Assembly (NCBI GenBank): GCA_047605645.1
Contig: JASGFJ010000027.1
Span: forward strand, 3,329-67,328
Direction: 5' to 3'
Length of the DNA: 64,000 nt
Origin: Dysgonamonadaceae bacterium
Lineage (GTDB): Bacteria > Bacteroidota > Bacteroidia > Bacteroidales > Dysgonomonadaceae
Position numbers and translations under genes: made by a program. Each line of letters starts with the position of its first letter. Position 1 is the stretch's first letter. The notes below the pieces were generated by a model. That model searched no databases, was not told where the DNA came from, and saw only the letters and a list, made by a program, of their open reading frames with translations. Positions 52,462 through 61,551 of the stretch are shown piece by piece.

Positions 52462-52554
52462 ATGAAACAAAGCATGATTTTTATTCAATCACTCAAAACA
52501 ATGATGAAAAAATCAGGCAAGTTGCAGGCCACCTAACAGTAAAAATTAAATCGT
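52462..52554 (+). repeat. Dispersed leader element, copy G, filling the susC-susD gap
   Basis: ATGAAACAAAGCATGATTTTTATTCAATCACTCAAAACAATGATGAAAAAATCAGGCAAGTTGCAGGCCACCTAACAGTAAAAATTAAATCGT-ATG(susD). Mini-ORF MKQSMIFIQSLKTMMKKSGKLQAT* at 52462-52536. Confidence 0.9.
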
Positions 52555-54102
52555 ATGAAAAAATATATATTTTTGATCGGATCGTTGTTTCTGTTTTTCA
52601 GCTGCATGGACGATAATATGAATAAAGATCCCTTTGGTGCTGACAGCGAATTAATGAATCGCACACCTGTCGGCTCCAGCCAACTCGCCAATTTACAGAA
52701 ACTGGTCCTCCCCGAACAGGAAAACTCATACCAAATGTGTTTTGATTTGTTCGCGACCAATTATGCCGGATATGCTTCTACAACTAAATTCTTTAGCGAT
52801 TATGTTGTGTACAACCCAAGAACATCCTGGGTAAGCTATCCTTTTGATGACACTTACCCTAAAATCTACACCCCGTTTCGTTTCCTTTATGAGACTTCCG
52901 GGGGAGATTACAGTAAGATTTATTATTCCTGGGGAACAATCTTAAGAATCGGAATTACCCAATGGTTGACTGACACATACGGGCCTCTGCCATATAGCCG
53001 GGTGCTGGGTGGAAAAATAGCCGTTCCTTACGATGACCAGAAATCCATCTACCTGGAAATGTGTTCCGAACTTCAAAAATCAATTGAAGCAATGAAGGTT
53101 AATTATCAGGAAGGAACATTGTATAAATCGTATGATTTAGTCTATGGCGGTAATTTTTCCAAATGGTTGAAATATGCCAATTCACTACTGCTGCGTTTAT
53201 CGGTGAGAATGTCGAAAGCCGCTCCGGCAGAAGCGAAGATGTATGCGGAATATGCGGTAGACAATGGCGTTATCACAGCCAATTCGGATAATGCGGCGCT
53301 GTCAACGACAAACAATCCGGTGAATATTGTTTCGAATCTTTGGGGAGACTCCCGCGTGAATGCGGAAATCACCGAATACATGAGAGCATTTTCAGATCCA
53401 AGACGCGAAAAGTATTTTTCGAAAGTTACTTCCAGAACAGGTGATTATGTATATTTCGGACTGAGAAGCGGCATCAACCCTTCTACGGTTATAACTCCAG
53501 CCAATTATTCCACTCCCAACGTGACAGAAAAATCACCCATCATTTGGATATCTGCTTCAGAAGTAGCTTTCCTGATGGCTGAAGGTGCCCTGAAAGGATG
53601 GAAAATGGGAGACACTGCTGAAAACCTTTATAAGAAAGGGATCACGTTATCCTTTGAACAATGGGGAGCATCGTCTTTATCGGACTATTTAAATAACTCG
53701 GTGAAAAGAGGAAATTATGTGGACGCACTTCAACCGGCTCTGAATGAGGCTTCCTTCTTGTCTGATATTACCGTAAAATGGAGTGATGCAAATGGTGATG
53801 CAGAAAAACAACTGGCTAAAATCATTACACAGAAATGGATTGCCATGTTTCCTTACGGAGCTCAGGAAGCTTGGGCGGAATGGCGCAGGACAGGGTATCC
53901 GAACTTGATGCCGACACAGGTAAACAGCAGTTCAAATACGGTAAAAAACATTGTGCAAGTCAACGGTAAAGATACCGGCGGAATGAGACGTCTTCCCTAT
54001 TCTCAAAAAGAGAAAGAAGGCAATAATGCCAATGTCCAGCAAGGGATACAATACCTGGGTGGACCGGACAACGGAGGAAGTGACTTGTGGTGGGCTAAAT
54101 AA
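52555..54102 (+). CDS. susD: SusD/RagB nutrient-binding lipoprotein
   Basis: Lipobox FFSC, TDTYGPLPYS, KWLKYANSLLLRLSVR, AEVAFLMAEGAL, IITQKWIA, EAWAEWRRTGYP. Confidence 0.95.
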   Translation: MKKYIFLIGSLFLFFSCMDDNMNKDPFGADSELMNRTPVGSSQLANLQKLVLPEQENSYQMCFDLFATNYAGYASTTKFFSDYVVYNPRTSWVSYPFDDTYPKIYTPFRFLYETSGGDYSKIYYSWGTILRIGITQWLTDTYGPLPYSRVLGGKIAVPYDDQKSIYLEMCSELQKSIEAMKVNYQEGTLYKSYDLVYGGNFSKWLKYANSLLLRLSVRMSKAAPAEAKMYAEYAVDNGVITANSDNAALSTTNNPVNIVSNLWGDSRVNAEITEYMRAFSDPRREKYFSKVTSRTGDYVYFGLRSGINPSTVITPANYSTPNVTEKSPIIWISASEVAFLMAEGALKGWKMGDTAENLYKKGITLSFEQWGASSLSDYLNNSVKRGNYVDALQPALNEASFLSDITVKWSDANGDAEKQLAKIITQKWIAMFPYGAQEAWAEWRRTGYPNLMPTQVNSSSNTVKNIVQVNGKDTGGMRRLPYSQKEKEGNNANVQQGIQYLGGPDNGGSDLWWAK

Positions 54103-54136
54103 CAATTCGTATTGATTGTAAATGAATATAAAAGAC

Positions 54137-55024
54137 ATGAAAAAAGAAATATTGATTATTTTCCTTATGTGCATTGCCATGCTGCCTTCTTGCACAAAGG
54201 AAGAACCGATAGAAGTGGTAGAAACTCATCGAGAAATAGATACAGAAAAACTTGCAGCACAGAAATCTAATTTGGAAAATCGTTTGATCTCCATCGGTCT
54301 TATGTATGGATGGGGACAAACCGACAAAAGCAACCTTTATCACACTCCGGACGACCTGGATATGATTGTCTTGAAAGATGGGTACACAAACGCTACTCAA
54401 TATCAACTGGCAGATCTGAAATCGGTTAAAGAAAAAAAAGCAACACGGGTGCTTGCCGGAGTCGATCTATCTGTGCTGGCTGATTCGACAGTTCCCCTCC
54501 CCATCAATCCCGATTCTCTGATCAGGCTTGTCAAAAAATACGGATTAGACGGAATCAGTGTACAACTCCCCGAAAGCGACACTGTTAAAACAGCTTATGT
54601 GACAAATTACCTGAAAACAATTGCTGCATTTGCAGGAAAAGGAACCAATTATTACCTCATTCTGGAAAATCCATTAACGCGATATGCTGAGAATTTCAAA
54701 AATGCGAATTGGGTAATCCGTATTCATAAATCAGTAGACACACCCACTTTAGCCGGCTTCACCGAAAGTGCTCAGCAATGGGCGGCATTCAAATTTGTTC
54801 CCGGGGTGGATTTCTCCCGAAAAGATCTTTCCGGTGGATTTGTCGACACAGAACACTTTGTTGCAGGAGGACGCCCTTCCATGGCTATTGACATCTGCGA
54901 CTGGAGTGCTCAAAATCAGGGTGGTATTGCTTTTTATCATATCGAGAAGAATTATACGGATATTGTCAACGCTGTAACATTTTCGACTTTCAGAAAAGCG
55001 TTAGCTAAACTTTATAGTAAATAA
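54137..55024 (+). CDS. GH18-like (DUF4849-type) lipoprotein lacking the DxDxE catalytic motif
   Basis: Lipobox LPSC; PDDLDMIVL and KATRVL family motifs; GLDGISVQLP stands where GxDGxDxDxE is expected. Confidence 0.65.
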   Translation: MKKEILIIFLMCIAMLPSCTKEEPIEVVETHREIDTEKLAAQKSNLENRLISIGLMYGWGQTDKSNLYHTPDDLDMIVLKDGYTNATQYQLADLKSVKEKKATRVLAGVDLSVLADSTVPLPINPDSLIRLVKKYGLDGISVQLPESDTVKTAYVTNYLKTIAAFAGKGTNYYLILENPLTRYAENFKNANWVIRIHKSVDTPTLAGFTESAQQWAAFKFVPGVDFSRKDLSGGFVDTEHFVAGGRPSMAIDICDWSAQNQGGIAFYHIEKNYTDIVNAVTFSTFRKALAKLYSK

Positions 55025-55031
55025 ATGAATT

Positions 55032-55138
55032 ATGAAACAATGCCTGATTTTTATAAAATCACCCAACACAAGGATTAAAAATCAGGCAAATTGAGACCTT
55101 ACATGTAGCGTCTCTACTAACAGTAAAAATTAAATCGT
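55032..55138 (+). repeat. Dispersed leader element, copy H (perfect 12-bp stem, REP-like insert)
   Basis: ATGAAACAATGCCTGATTTTTATAAAATCACCCAACACAAGGATTAAAAATCAGGCAAATTGAGACCTTACATGTAGCGTCTCTACTAACAGTAAAAATTAAATCGT-ATG. Mini-ORF MKQCLIFIKSPNTRIKNQAN* at 55032-55094. Confidence 0.9.
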
Positions 55139-56356
55139 ATGAAAAACAAACTGGTATATCTTAAACTATTTTCAGCTGCACTAATGCTCTTTGGGGTTAG
55201 TTGCACAACGGGAGAGACTTATTCCGATTTGGATGAAGAGGGACAGGATCTTTATTCTCAGCAAGCCATGATTTTCAAAGCAGACGGAACGAACAGCAAA
55301 CAAGCATTGTTCAGTGATGTTTCCGGAGCGATGCTCGATACGGATAGTGCTGCTGTTGCAAGCTTCCAGTTCAATGCTGTACTGGTAAAGAAAAACGCTC
55401 GGCGGGTAAGCTTGGCAATAGCATCAACCCCCAACCAGGTCGATGTATACAATCAGGTGTATGGAACATCTTACCTTCAGTTGCCTGAAGAATTAGCTTC
55501 TTATACCAAAACTTTGTCTATCGACTCGGCAAAGGTGCTTTCGGATAATGGAACATTGACGGTTAAATATTCTTCAAAATTGAAAGTAGGTCAAAAATAT
55601 CTTCTGGCATTGACTGCCTCTTCCCAAAGCGATGGCATTGGAGTTATGGAAACTACCAAGACCATGTTTTATTCTATTCAGTTGGAAAGCAATAAAGTGA
55701 CAACCTCGGCTTTATTAACACGTGAAACGTACTTTAAAATAAATAAGAACAACTCTAAAATCTCCGATTTAGGTACGACATTCACCCTTGAAGGGTTGAT
55801 CTGTGTCAGCAAGTTCCGCACGGCAAGTGATGTGGGAGATGCGCAAATCAGTACATTTATGGGAACAGAAGGAGGAACATTAGTTCGTTTCGGTGATGCC
55901 GGGCTGGATGGCAACAGGTTACAGGCAAACGGTACGGCTGTCGGAAGTGCCTTCTCTCTCAACAAATGGTATCACGTCGCATTGGTGGTCAACAATGGAA
56001 CTTCTTCTGTCTACATCAACGGAGAACCGGCAGGTACTTTTGCAAAAGCGGGAAGCATCGGCGAATTTTATATTGGTCGCAGCTATAACGACAATCGGGG
56101 CATTGATGCCAAAGTAGCTGAAATTCGTATCTGGAAGACTGCGAGAACAGCAGAGCAGATTAAGCAGTGCATGTACAAAGTTAAAGATTTGACGGGCATT
56201 TACGCTTATTGGAGAATGAACAGCATTACAGACGGCCTTATCCGGGACGATTCCGGCAACGACAACAATCTGGTCTTGTGGGGACAGCCAAGCAATGTAC
56301 AGAAAGTCATCACGTTGGTTGACGAAGGAGCAGACGGCGTGCAAGTTGGCAAATAA
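55139..56356 (+). CDS. Surface glycan-binding lipoprotein (DUF1735 + LamG/concanavalin-like domain)
   Basis: Lipobox GVSC; VYNQVYGTSYLQLPEE (DUF1735-like); FTLEGLI, KWYHVALV, VYING, AEIRIWKTART, AYWRMN (LamG). Confidence 0.85.
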   Translation: MKNKLVYLKLFSAALMLFGVSCTTGETYSDLDEEGQDLYSQQAMIFKADGTNSKQALFSDVSGAMLDTDSAAVASFQFNAVLVKKNARRVSLAIASTPNQVDVYNQVYGTSYLQLPEELASYTKTLSIDSAKVLSDNGTLTVKYSSKLKVGQKYLLALTASSQSDGIGVMETTKTMFYSIQLESNKVTTSALLTRETYFKINKNNSKISDLGTTFTLEGLICVSKFRTASDVGDAQISTFMGTEGGTLVRFGDAGLDGNRLQANGTAVGSAFSLNKWYHVALVVNNGTSSVYINGEPAGTFAKAGSIGEFYIGRSYNDNRGIDAKVAEIRIWKTARTAEQIKQCMYKVKDLTGIYAYWRMNSITDGLIRDDSGNDNNLVLWGQPSNVQKVITLVDEGADGVQVGK

Positions 56357-56365
56357 ATATGAATC

Positions 56366-57802
56366 ATGAAAACGTATAAAGCGATGAAAAAAACAATGAT
56401 AATATTGGGAACAGTCCTGGCTGTGATCTTATCCGGTTGTTCCGAAGACATAAAATACACCACCAACCTGCCTGAGAGCGGGTATATAAATTCCGGTGAG
56501 GGGGTTATTTATCTGAAAAACCAGAAAGAAGAGACACATGCTCTGTTGTGGAAAGACAGCACACTCACCTTTCAAGTGGAAATTCCGGAAGCTTTCGATA
56601 CAGATACGGTCATTCCCCTGAACACAAACCAGATATCGACAATCGTAGGTAATTACAATGAATTTATGTGCGCCGATCGTCCGGAAGCCAAAGATTATTC
56701 TGTATTTCCTTCCACAAACTATACTTTCTCGGGAGTAAACGTGAAAAAAGGAGAAACTTCAGCAGAGGCAACATTGGTCGTGAAGCAATTTACCGGCAGC
56801 AGCAATTATGGCGATTACATCCTGCCCATAAATTTCTCTATTCACGGGCGCAATTATCTCTATCATGTATTTGTCAGAAAGGACGGGGATTTTTCGCCGT
56901 TATCTGCCACAAATAAGAAAGCCATGCCTGCAGGAGCATACAGTTGTCCGGACAGAAAAGAACCGATGAAAATGATTGCTTATGTCGAAACCAACAATTA
57001 TGACATCCGTAATTATGGACAAGTGGTTTTGGAAAACACTAAAAAGCCGGTATTTGATGCGGTCGTTTTGTTTGCTGCGAACATGAATTACGATGCGACT
57101 GCCAAAAAGAGGGTCGTTTATTTCAACGATAAATTGCAACCCATCATCAAAAATCCGGAAAAATACATCAAGCCACTCACCGACAGAGGCATTAAAGTAA
57201 TCATCACTCTTCTCCCGAATCATCAGGGAGTGGGATATGCAAACTTCCAAAATTATAATGAAGCTCTTGCCTTTGCCAAAGATATGAAAGTATGGACAGA
57301 CAAACTTGGAATAGACGGATGGGATATCGACGAAGAATATGCCGATTATGGGAATCAACCTTCTCTTCCAACAACCGGAGTGCAGTCTTATTTCTGGTAT
57401 ATGAGGGCCATGAAGGAAGTGATGCCCGATAAAATGCTGACTCTCTACGACTATGGACATAGCCTGCAGGCAACATCTGTGGACGATCAAGGGAAAAAGG
57501 CATCGGATTACATCGATTTAAGCTGGACCGATTATTGGGTGCAAAAGCCCTCTTATGCAGGTATTCCCAACAACAGATTCGGGATTTATTCTTATGAAGC
57601 GAATCGCTACAATTTATCGTATGTGGAAAGTGCAGCGAAACTAAACTTGCAAGGTTGCTACGGATTGCAGATGTTCTTTAATATCAATCCTACTTCTTTT
57701 TTGGATGCCACTCAAATGACATACCTGAGCAAAGCCACTCAATTATTCTATGGCGAGCGTGCTGTTTTCTCCGGAAAATATCATGTTGGGCCGACAAAAT
57801 AG
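56366..57802 (+). CDS. GH18 endo-beta-N-acetylglucosaminidase lipoprotein (EndoF1/BT3987-like)
   Basis: Lipobox LSGC; AYVETNN, DAVVLFAANMNYD, LLPNHQGVG, intact GIDGWDIDEEY (DxDxE). Confidence 0.88.
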   Translation: MKTYKAMKKTMIILGTVLAVILSGCSEDIKYTTNLPESGYINSGEGVIYLKNQKEETHALLWKDSTLTFQVEIPEAFDTDTVIPLNTNQISTIVGNYNEFMCADRPEAKDYSVFPSTNYTFSGVNVKKGETSAEATLVVKQFTGSSNYGDYILPINFSIHGRNYLYHVFVRKDGDFSPLSATNKKAMPAGAYSCPDRKEPMKMIAYVETNNYDIRNYGQVVLENTKKPVFDAVVLFAANMNYDATAKKRVVYFNDKLQPIIKNPEKYIKPLTDRGIKVIITLLPNHQGVGYANFQNYNEALAFAKDMKVWTDKLGIDGWDIDEEYADYGNQPSLPTTGVQSYFWYMRAMKEVMPDKMLTLYDYGHSLQATSVDDQGKKASDYIDLSWTDYWVQKPSYAGIPNNRFGIYSYEANRYNLSYVESAAKLNLQGCYGLQMFFNINPTSFLDATQMTYLSKATQLFYGERAVFSGKYHVGPTK

Positions 57803-57871
57803 AAGCACAAAGAAACTCGTTCAGTAAGTTTTAGGAAAAAGATGGAAGTAAAGTTTTAGGAACATGAGGCG

Positions 57872-57907
57872 AATGCCCGAAGGAGATTTTCTTATCCTTC
57901 GGGCATT
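57872..57907 (+). terminator. Terminator-like hairpin closing the PUL
   Basis: AATGCCCGAAGGA-loop-TCCTTCGGGCATT, a 13-bp stem. Confidence 0.75.
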
Positions 57908-58465
57908 TCCGTTACCTGTGTTTTTTCGAAAGAATCAGAAGGCAATATGTAAATAAATATTCCTGATTAATGCGAACACATACTCCAACATCACACTGAA
58001 AATAAATAATATAACATACACAACAAATAGTAGAGAACTACTTATATAAATAACAAGCTGCCGGAGGAGAAGGCTGTTCGGGAGAAAGTTCCGTGAGACG
58101 GTTGCAGAAATACATCAGACAAAAAGGCAGTCAGGAGAAGGCTGTAGAATACACGGGTATTCCTTCGGAAAATACCCGGAAAGGTAGATAAGCCTGTTTC
58201 AAAGGAAAAAGTTCTTGAAAATAACAGCCGGAAAATGTTAAGCTAAAAAAAAGTCCGGTAGCTTCCGACTAAAAACGTCTAAACAACTGAATATAAAGTA
58301 AAAGTAACGCCATCTATCCTAAAACACATTGAAGAGACACACGAACGCACATCCAGCTATCCTTCGTTTACAGACAGGGAAATGACGAGTCCGGTCGAAT
58401 ACTGAATTTTATTAGAGAAATATATTTTTTATGATAAAATAATGTTGAATTAGTAGACTGATTTT

Positions 58466-58473
58466 TACCTTTG
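58466..58473 (+). promoter_or_regulatory. Bacteroidetes -7 promoter element of the DUF853 gene
   Basis: TACCTTTG, 38 nt upstream of the ATG. Confidence 0.6.
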
Positions 58474-58511
58474 TTATAAAAGACACAATTCTAAGAACAA
58501 AAATACGTCTT

Positions 58512-60053
58512 ATGTACGACAATGAACATCAAGCATTGACCGCCTTAGCTTCAGGAAAAGAAATCAACTTTCCCCCTAAAATGCTGAACAGACATGGTTT
58601 GATTACCGGAGCGACAGGAACCGGGAAAACCGTAACCCTGCAGACTTTAGCCGAAACCTTAAGTCAGATGGGAGTTCCGGTCTTTGCGGCAGACATCAAG
58701 GGCGATTTGTCGGGTCTGGCAAAAGCCGGCGGCGATAAAGACAGTGTGAACCAGCGGGTCAAGGATTTTCACCTCGCCGAAAAGGGATTTGCCTTTCAGA
58801 ACTTTCCTGTACAATTTTGGGATGTATTCGGCCAACAAGGCCATCCGGTGCGATGTACAATCTCTGAAATGGGGCCTGTCCTGCTCGAAAGATTACTTTC
58901 GCTGAACGAAACTCAGGGAACCGTACTTTCACTGGTTTTTAAAATAGCTGATGATAACGGTTTGTTGCTTATCGATTTGAAAGACTTGCAGAAAATGCTG
59001 GAATACGTAGGCAATAAGCGGAATGAATTTACCACAAAGTACGGAAATATTTCAGCGGCCAGTATTGGTGCCATACAGCGCAACCTGATGCGACTCGAAT
59101 CGGAAGGCGCCGCCAGTTTTTTCGGCGAACCGGCTCTGGATATTAACGATTTGCTCCAAACCGACCAGCAGAAAGGAGTGATTAATATCCTGGCTGCCGA
59201 CAAGTTAATGAATGCTCCGCGAGTATACACCTCCTTCTTGTTATGGATGCTGTCAAATCTTTATGAGAATCTGCCGGAAGTAGGAGATTTGGATAAACCG
59301 AAGCTGGTATTCTTTTTCGATGAAGCTCATTTGCTCTTCAATGATATGTCAACGGCTTTGTCGGAAAAAATAGTACAGATTGTCCGCCTTATACGTTCAA
59401 AAGGAGTCGGAATATTTTTTGTCACCCAAAATCCGGCCGATATTCCTCAAACGGTGTTAGGACAGCTCGGAAACCGGGTGCAGCATGCTTTGCGCGCTTA
59501 TACCCCCAACGATCAGAAAGCCGTGAAAATAGCGGCACAGACCTTCCGCGCCAATCCGGACTACTCCACAGAGCAGGTGATTACCGAATTAAATACCGGC
59601 GAAGCCCTCGTCTCTTTTCTGGATGAACAAGGAGCTCCGACAATGGTGCAACGTGCTTACATTGTTCCTCCTCAAAGCCGGATTGGCCCACTCACCCCTG
59701 AAGAAAGACAGCAAGTCATCAGGCAATCGTTGGTTTTCGGCATCTATGAGAAAGCGGAGGATCGGGAATCTGCTTATGAAATACTTTCGAATCGGCAACA
59801 AGCTGAATCCCTGGAAAAACAGAAAGAAGAAGATGAAAAACAACGGATACGGCAACAAAAAGAAGCACAAAAAGCACAGATAGAGGCAGAAAAAGCAGAA
59901 AGAGCTGCCGAACGCCAGCGTAAAGCAGAAGGTGGCGGGATACTGGAGGATATGCTCACGCAGATAGGGAAATCGGCTACGCGCCAAATCTCAAATCAAA
60001 TAGGGAGATCCATCGTCCGTACCATTTTCGGTACGTTTTTCGGAAAGAAATAA
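58512..60053 (+). CDS. DUF853/YjgR HerA-like P-loop ATPase
   Basis: [64 protein letters not shown]. Confidence 0.92.
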   Translation: MYDNEHQALTALASGKEINFPPKMLNRHGLITGATGTGKTVTLQTLAETLSQMGVPVFAADIKGDLSGLAKAGGDKDSVNQRVKDFHLAEKGFAFQNFPVQFWDVFGQQGHPVRCTISEMGPVLLERLLSLNETQGTVLSLVFKIADDNGLLLIDLKDLQKMLEYVGNKRNEFTTKYGNISAASIGAIQRNLMRLESEGAASFFGEPALDINDLLQTDQQKGVINILAADKLMNAPRVYTSFLLWMLSNLYENLPEVGDLDKPKLVFFFDEAHLLFNDMSTALSEKIVQIVRLIRSKGVGIFFVTQNPADIPQTVLGQLGNRVQHALRAYTPNDQKAVKIAAQTFRANPDYSTEQVITELNTGEALVSFLDEQGAPTMVQRAYIVPPQSRIGPLTPEERQQVIRQSLVFGIYEKAEDRESAYEILSNRQQAESLEKQKEEDEKQRIRQQKEAQKAQIEAEKAERAAERQRKAEGGGILEDMLTQIGKSATRQISNQIGRSIVRTIFGTFFGKK

Positions 60054-60098
60054 TTTTCCCTTATCGGGAACAAATAATGCTGAGATAAATAAAATCGC

Positions 60099-60199
60099 AT
60101 GAGGTAAAGTATGTTTTTTATTAAACCGACCAACATAATCATTAAAAAAAAACGAATAGAAACATTGAATACAACGTCTACCAGTAAAAATAAAATCGT
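60099..60199 (+). repeat. Dispersed leader element, degenerate copy I, abutting the Cof gene start
   Basis: AAATCGC-ATGAGGTAAAGTATGTTTTTTATTAAACC...CAACGTCTACCAGTAAAAATAAAATCGT-ATG; codon 3 is TAA. Confidence 0.65.
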
Positions 60200-61438
60200 A
60201 TGAAATACAAATTATTAGTTATCGATGTTGACGACACGATGCTCAACAGTCAGGGAGAGATATCCAAACGGACTCACGCTACGATAAGAAAAGTACAGCA
60301 AATGGGTATCAAAGTGGTGCTTGCCTCGGGAAGACCCACACATGGTCTGAAACGAATTGCAGAAGAGATTGAGTTGAAAAACTACGACGGCTATTTCTTA
60401 TCGTACAATGGAGGACAGATATTCAAATGTCAGAAAGGACATAACGAATTGCTCTTTGAGAAAAGGATCAATCCGGAACTGCTTCCCCTGCTGGAAGAAA
60501 AAGCACGTCAGTTAGACTTAGATATCTTCACCTATCATCAGGATTTTATCATCACCAACAATCCGGACAATCCTCATATCAAACGGGAGGCGGAAATTAA
60601 TCAGATGCGCCTGATACAGGTAGATAATTTATCAGAAAGCATTGATTTCTGGCCCTGCAAATGTATGTTGGTCAGCGACGATGAGAACATCTTGCTAAGC
60701 CTCGAAGAACACTGGCACAAACGATTGAATGGTTCGCTCGATGTCTTCCGTTCGGAATCTTACTACCTGGAAGCGGTTCCTCCTTTTATAGACAAAGGAA
60801 ACACCTTGGGAATATTACTTGACATCCTGAAGATTAAGCCCGAGGAAGTAGTTGCAATTGGGGATGGAGTCCGTGATTTTTCGATGATCCAGATGGTCGG
60901 ACTCGGTGTTGCGATGGGAAATGCCAAAGAATCGGTAAGGGCTTGCGCCGACATAGTCACTCTTAGCAACGACCAAGACGGTGCTGCGGCGGCTATTGAG
61001 AAAATCTTTTTGTCGGATATCCAACCTTCCAAAATTCCGCTCGAACAATTGAATGCCAGTTCCAAGTATGCCTTAATGGGAAACCTCGGAATTCAATACA
61101 CGTACGCAGATGAGTCGCGTATTGAAGCGACAATGCCTGTTGACGAACGCACCCGCCAGCCCTTTGGCATTTTGCACGGAGGAGCTACGCTGGCTTTGGC
61201 CGAAACCCTGGCTGGAATTGGTTCGTTGCTGATTTGTCCGCCCGACGAAATTGCCGTCGGAATGCAAATAAGTGGCAATCATATTTCCTCTGCACACCAG
61301 GGAGATACCGTCAGAGCTGTTGCTACCATCGTCCATAAAGGACGTTCTTCGCATGTCTGGAATATCGATGTGTTCACCTCCACCGGCAAATTGATTTCAT
61401 CGGTGCGTGTTGTAAACAGTATAATGAAAAAAAGGTAA
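60200..61438 (+). CDS. Cof-type HAD-IIB phosphatase fused to a PaaI/hotdog thioesterase
   Basis: DVDDTML, ASGRP, AIGDGVRD (HAD motifs) followed by RQPFGILHGGATLALAET and HKGRSSHVWNIDV (hotdog). Confidence 0.92.
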   Translation: MKYKLLVIDVDDTMLNSQGEISKRTHATIRKVQQMGIKVVLASGRPTHGLKRIAEEIELKNYDGYFLSYNGGQIFKCQKGHNELLFEKRINPELLPLLEEKARQLDLDIFTYHQDFIITNNPDNPHIKREAEINQMRLIQVDNLSESIDFWPCKCMLVSDDENILLSLEEHWHKRLNGSLDVFRSESYYLEAVPPFIDKGNTLGILLDILKIKPEEVVAIGDGVRDFSMIQMVGLGVAMGNAKESVRACADIVTLSNDQDGAAAAIEKIFLSDIQPSKIPLEQLNASSKYALMGNLGIQYTYADESRIEATMPVDERTRQPFGILHGGATLALAETLAGIGSLLICPPDEIAVGMQISGNHISSAHQGDTVRAVATIVHKGRSSHVWNIDVFTSTGKLISSVRVVNSIMKKR

Positions 61439-61469
61439 AACCATTTCACATACCCAATCTGCCTTATTA

Positions 61470-61512
61470 CGGAAAGCTGTACAAAATTTTCATAGAAATG
61501 TACAGCTTTCCG
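61470..61512. terminator. Long stem-loop between the Cof fusion and the OYE gene
   Basis: CGGAAAGCTGTACA-15 nt-TGTACAGCTTTCCG, a 14-bp perfect stem. Confidence 0.6.
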
Positions 61513-61551
61513 CTCTTTAACGAATCAAAAACAATAACAGGTATACGAAGC

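Noticed and set aside
57908-58465. Purine-rich stretch with a repeated GGAGAAGGCTGT 12-mer
   Set aside because: Only two copies, with no sustained ORF, terminal inverted repeats or transposase motif.
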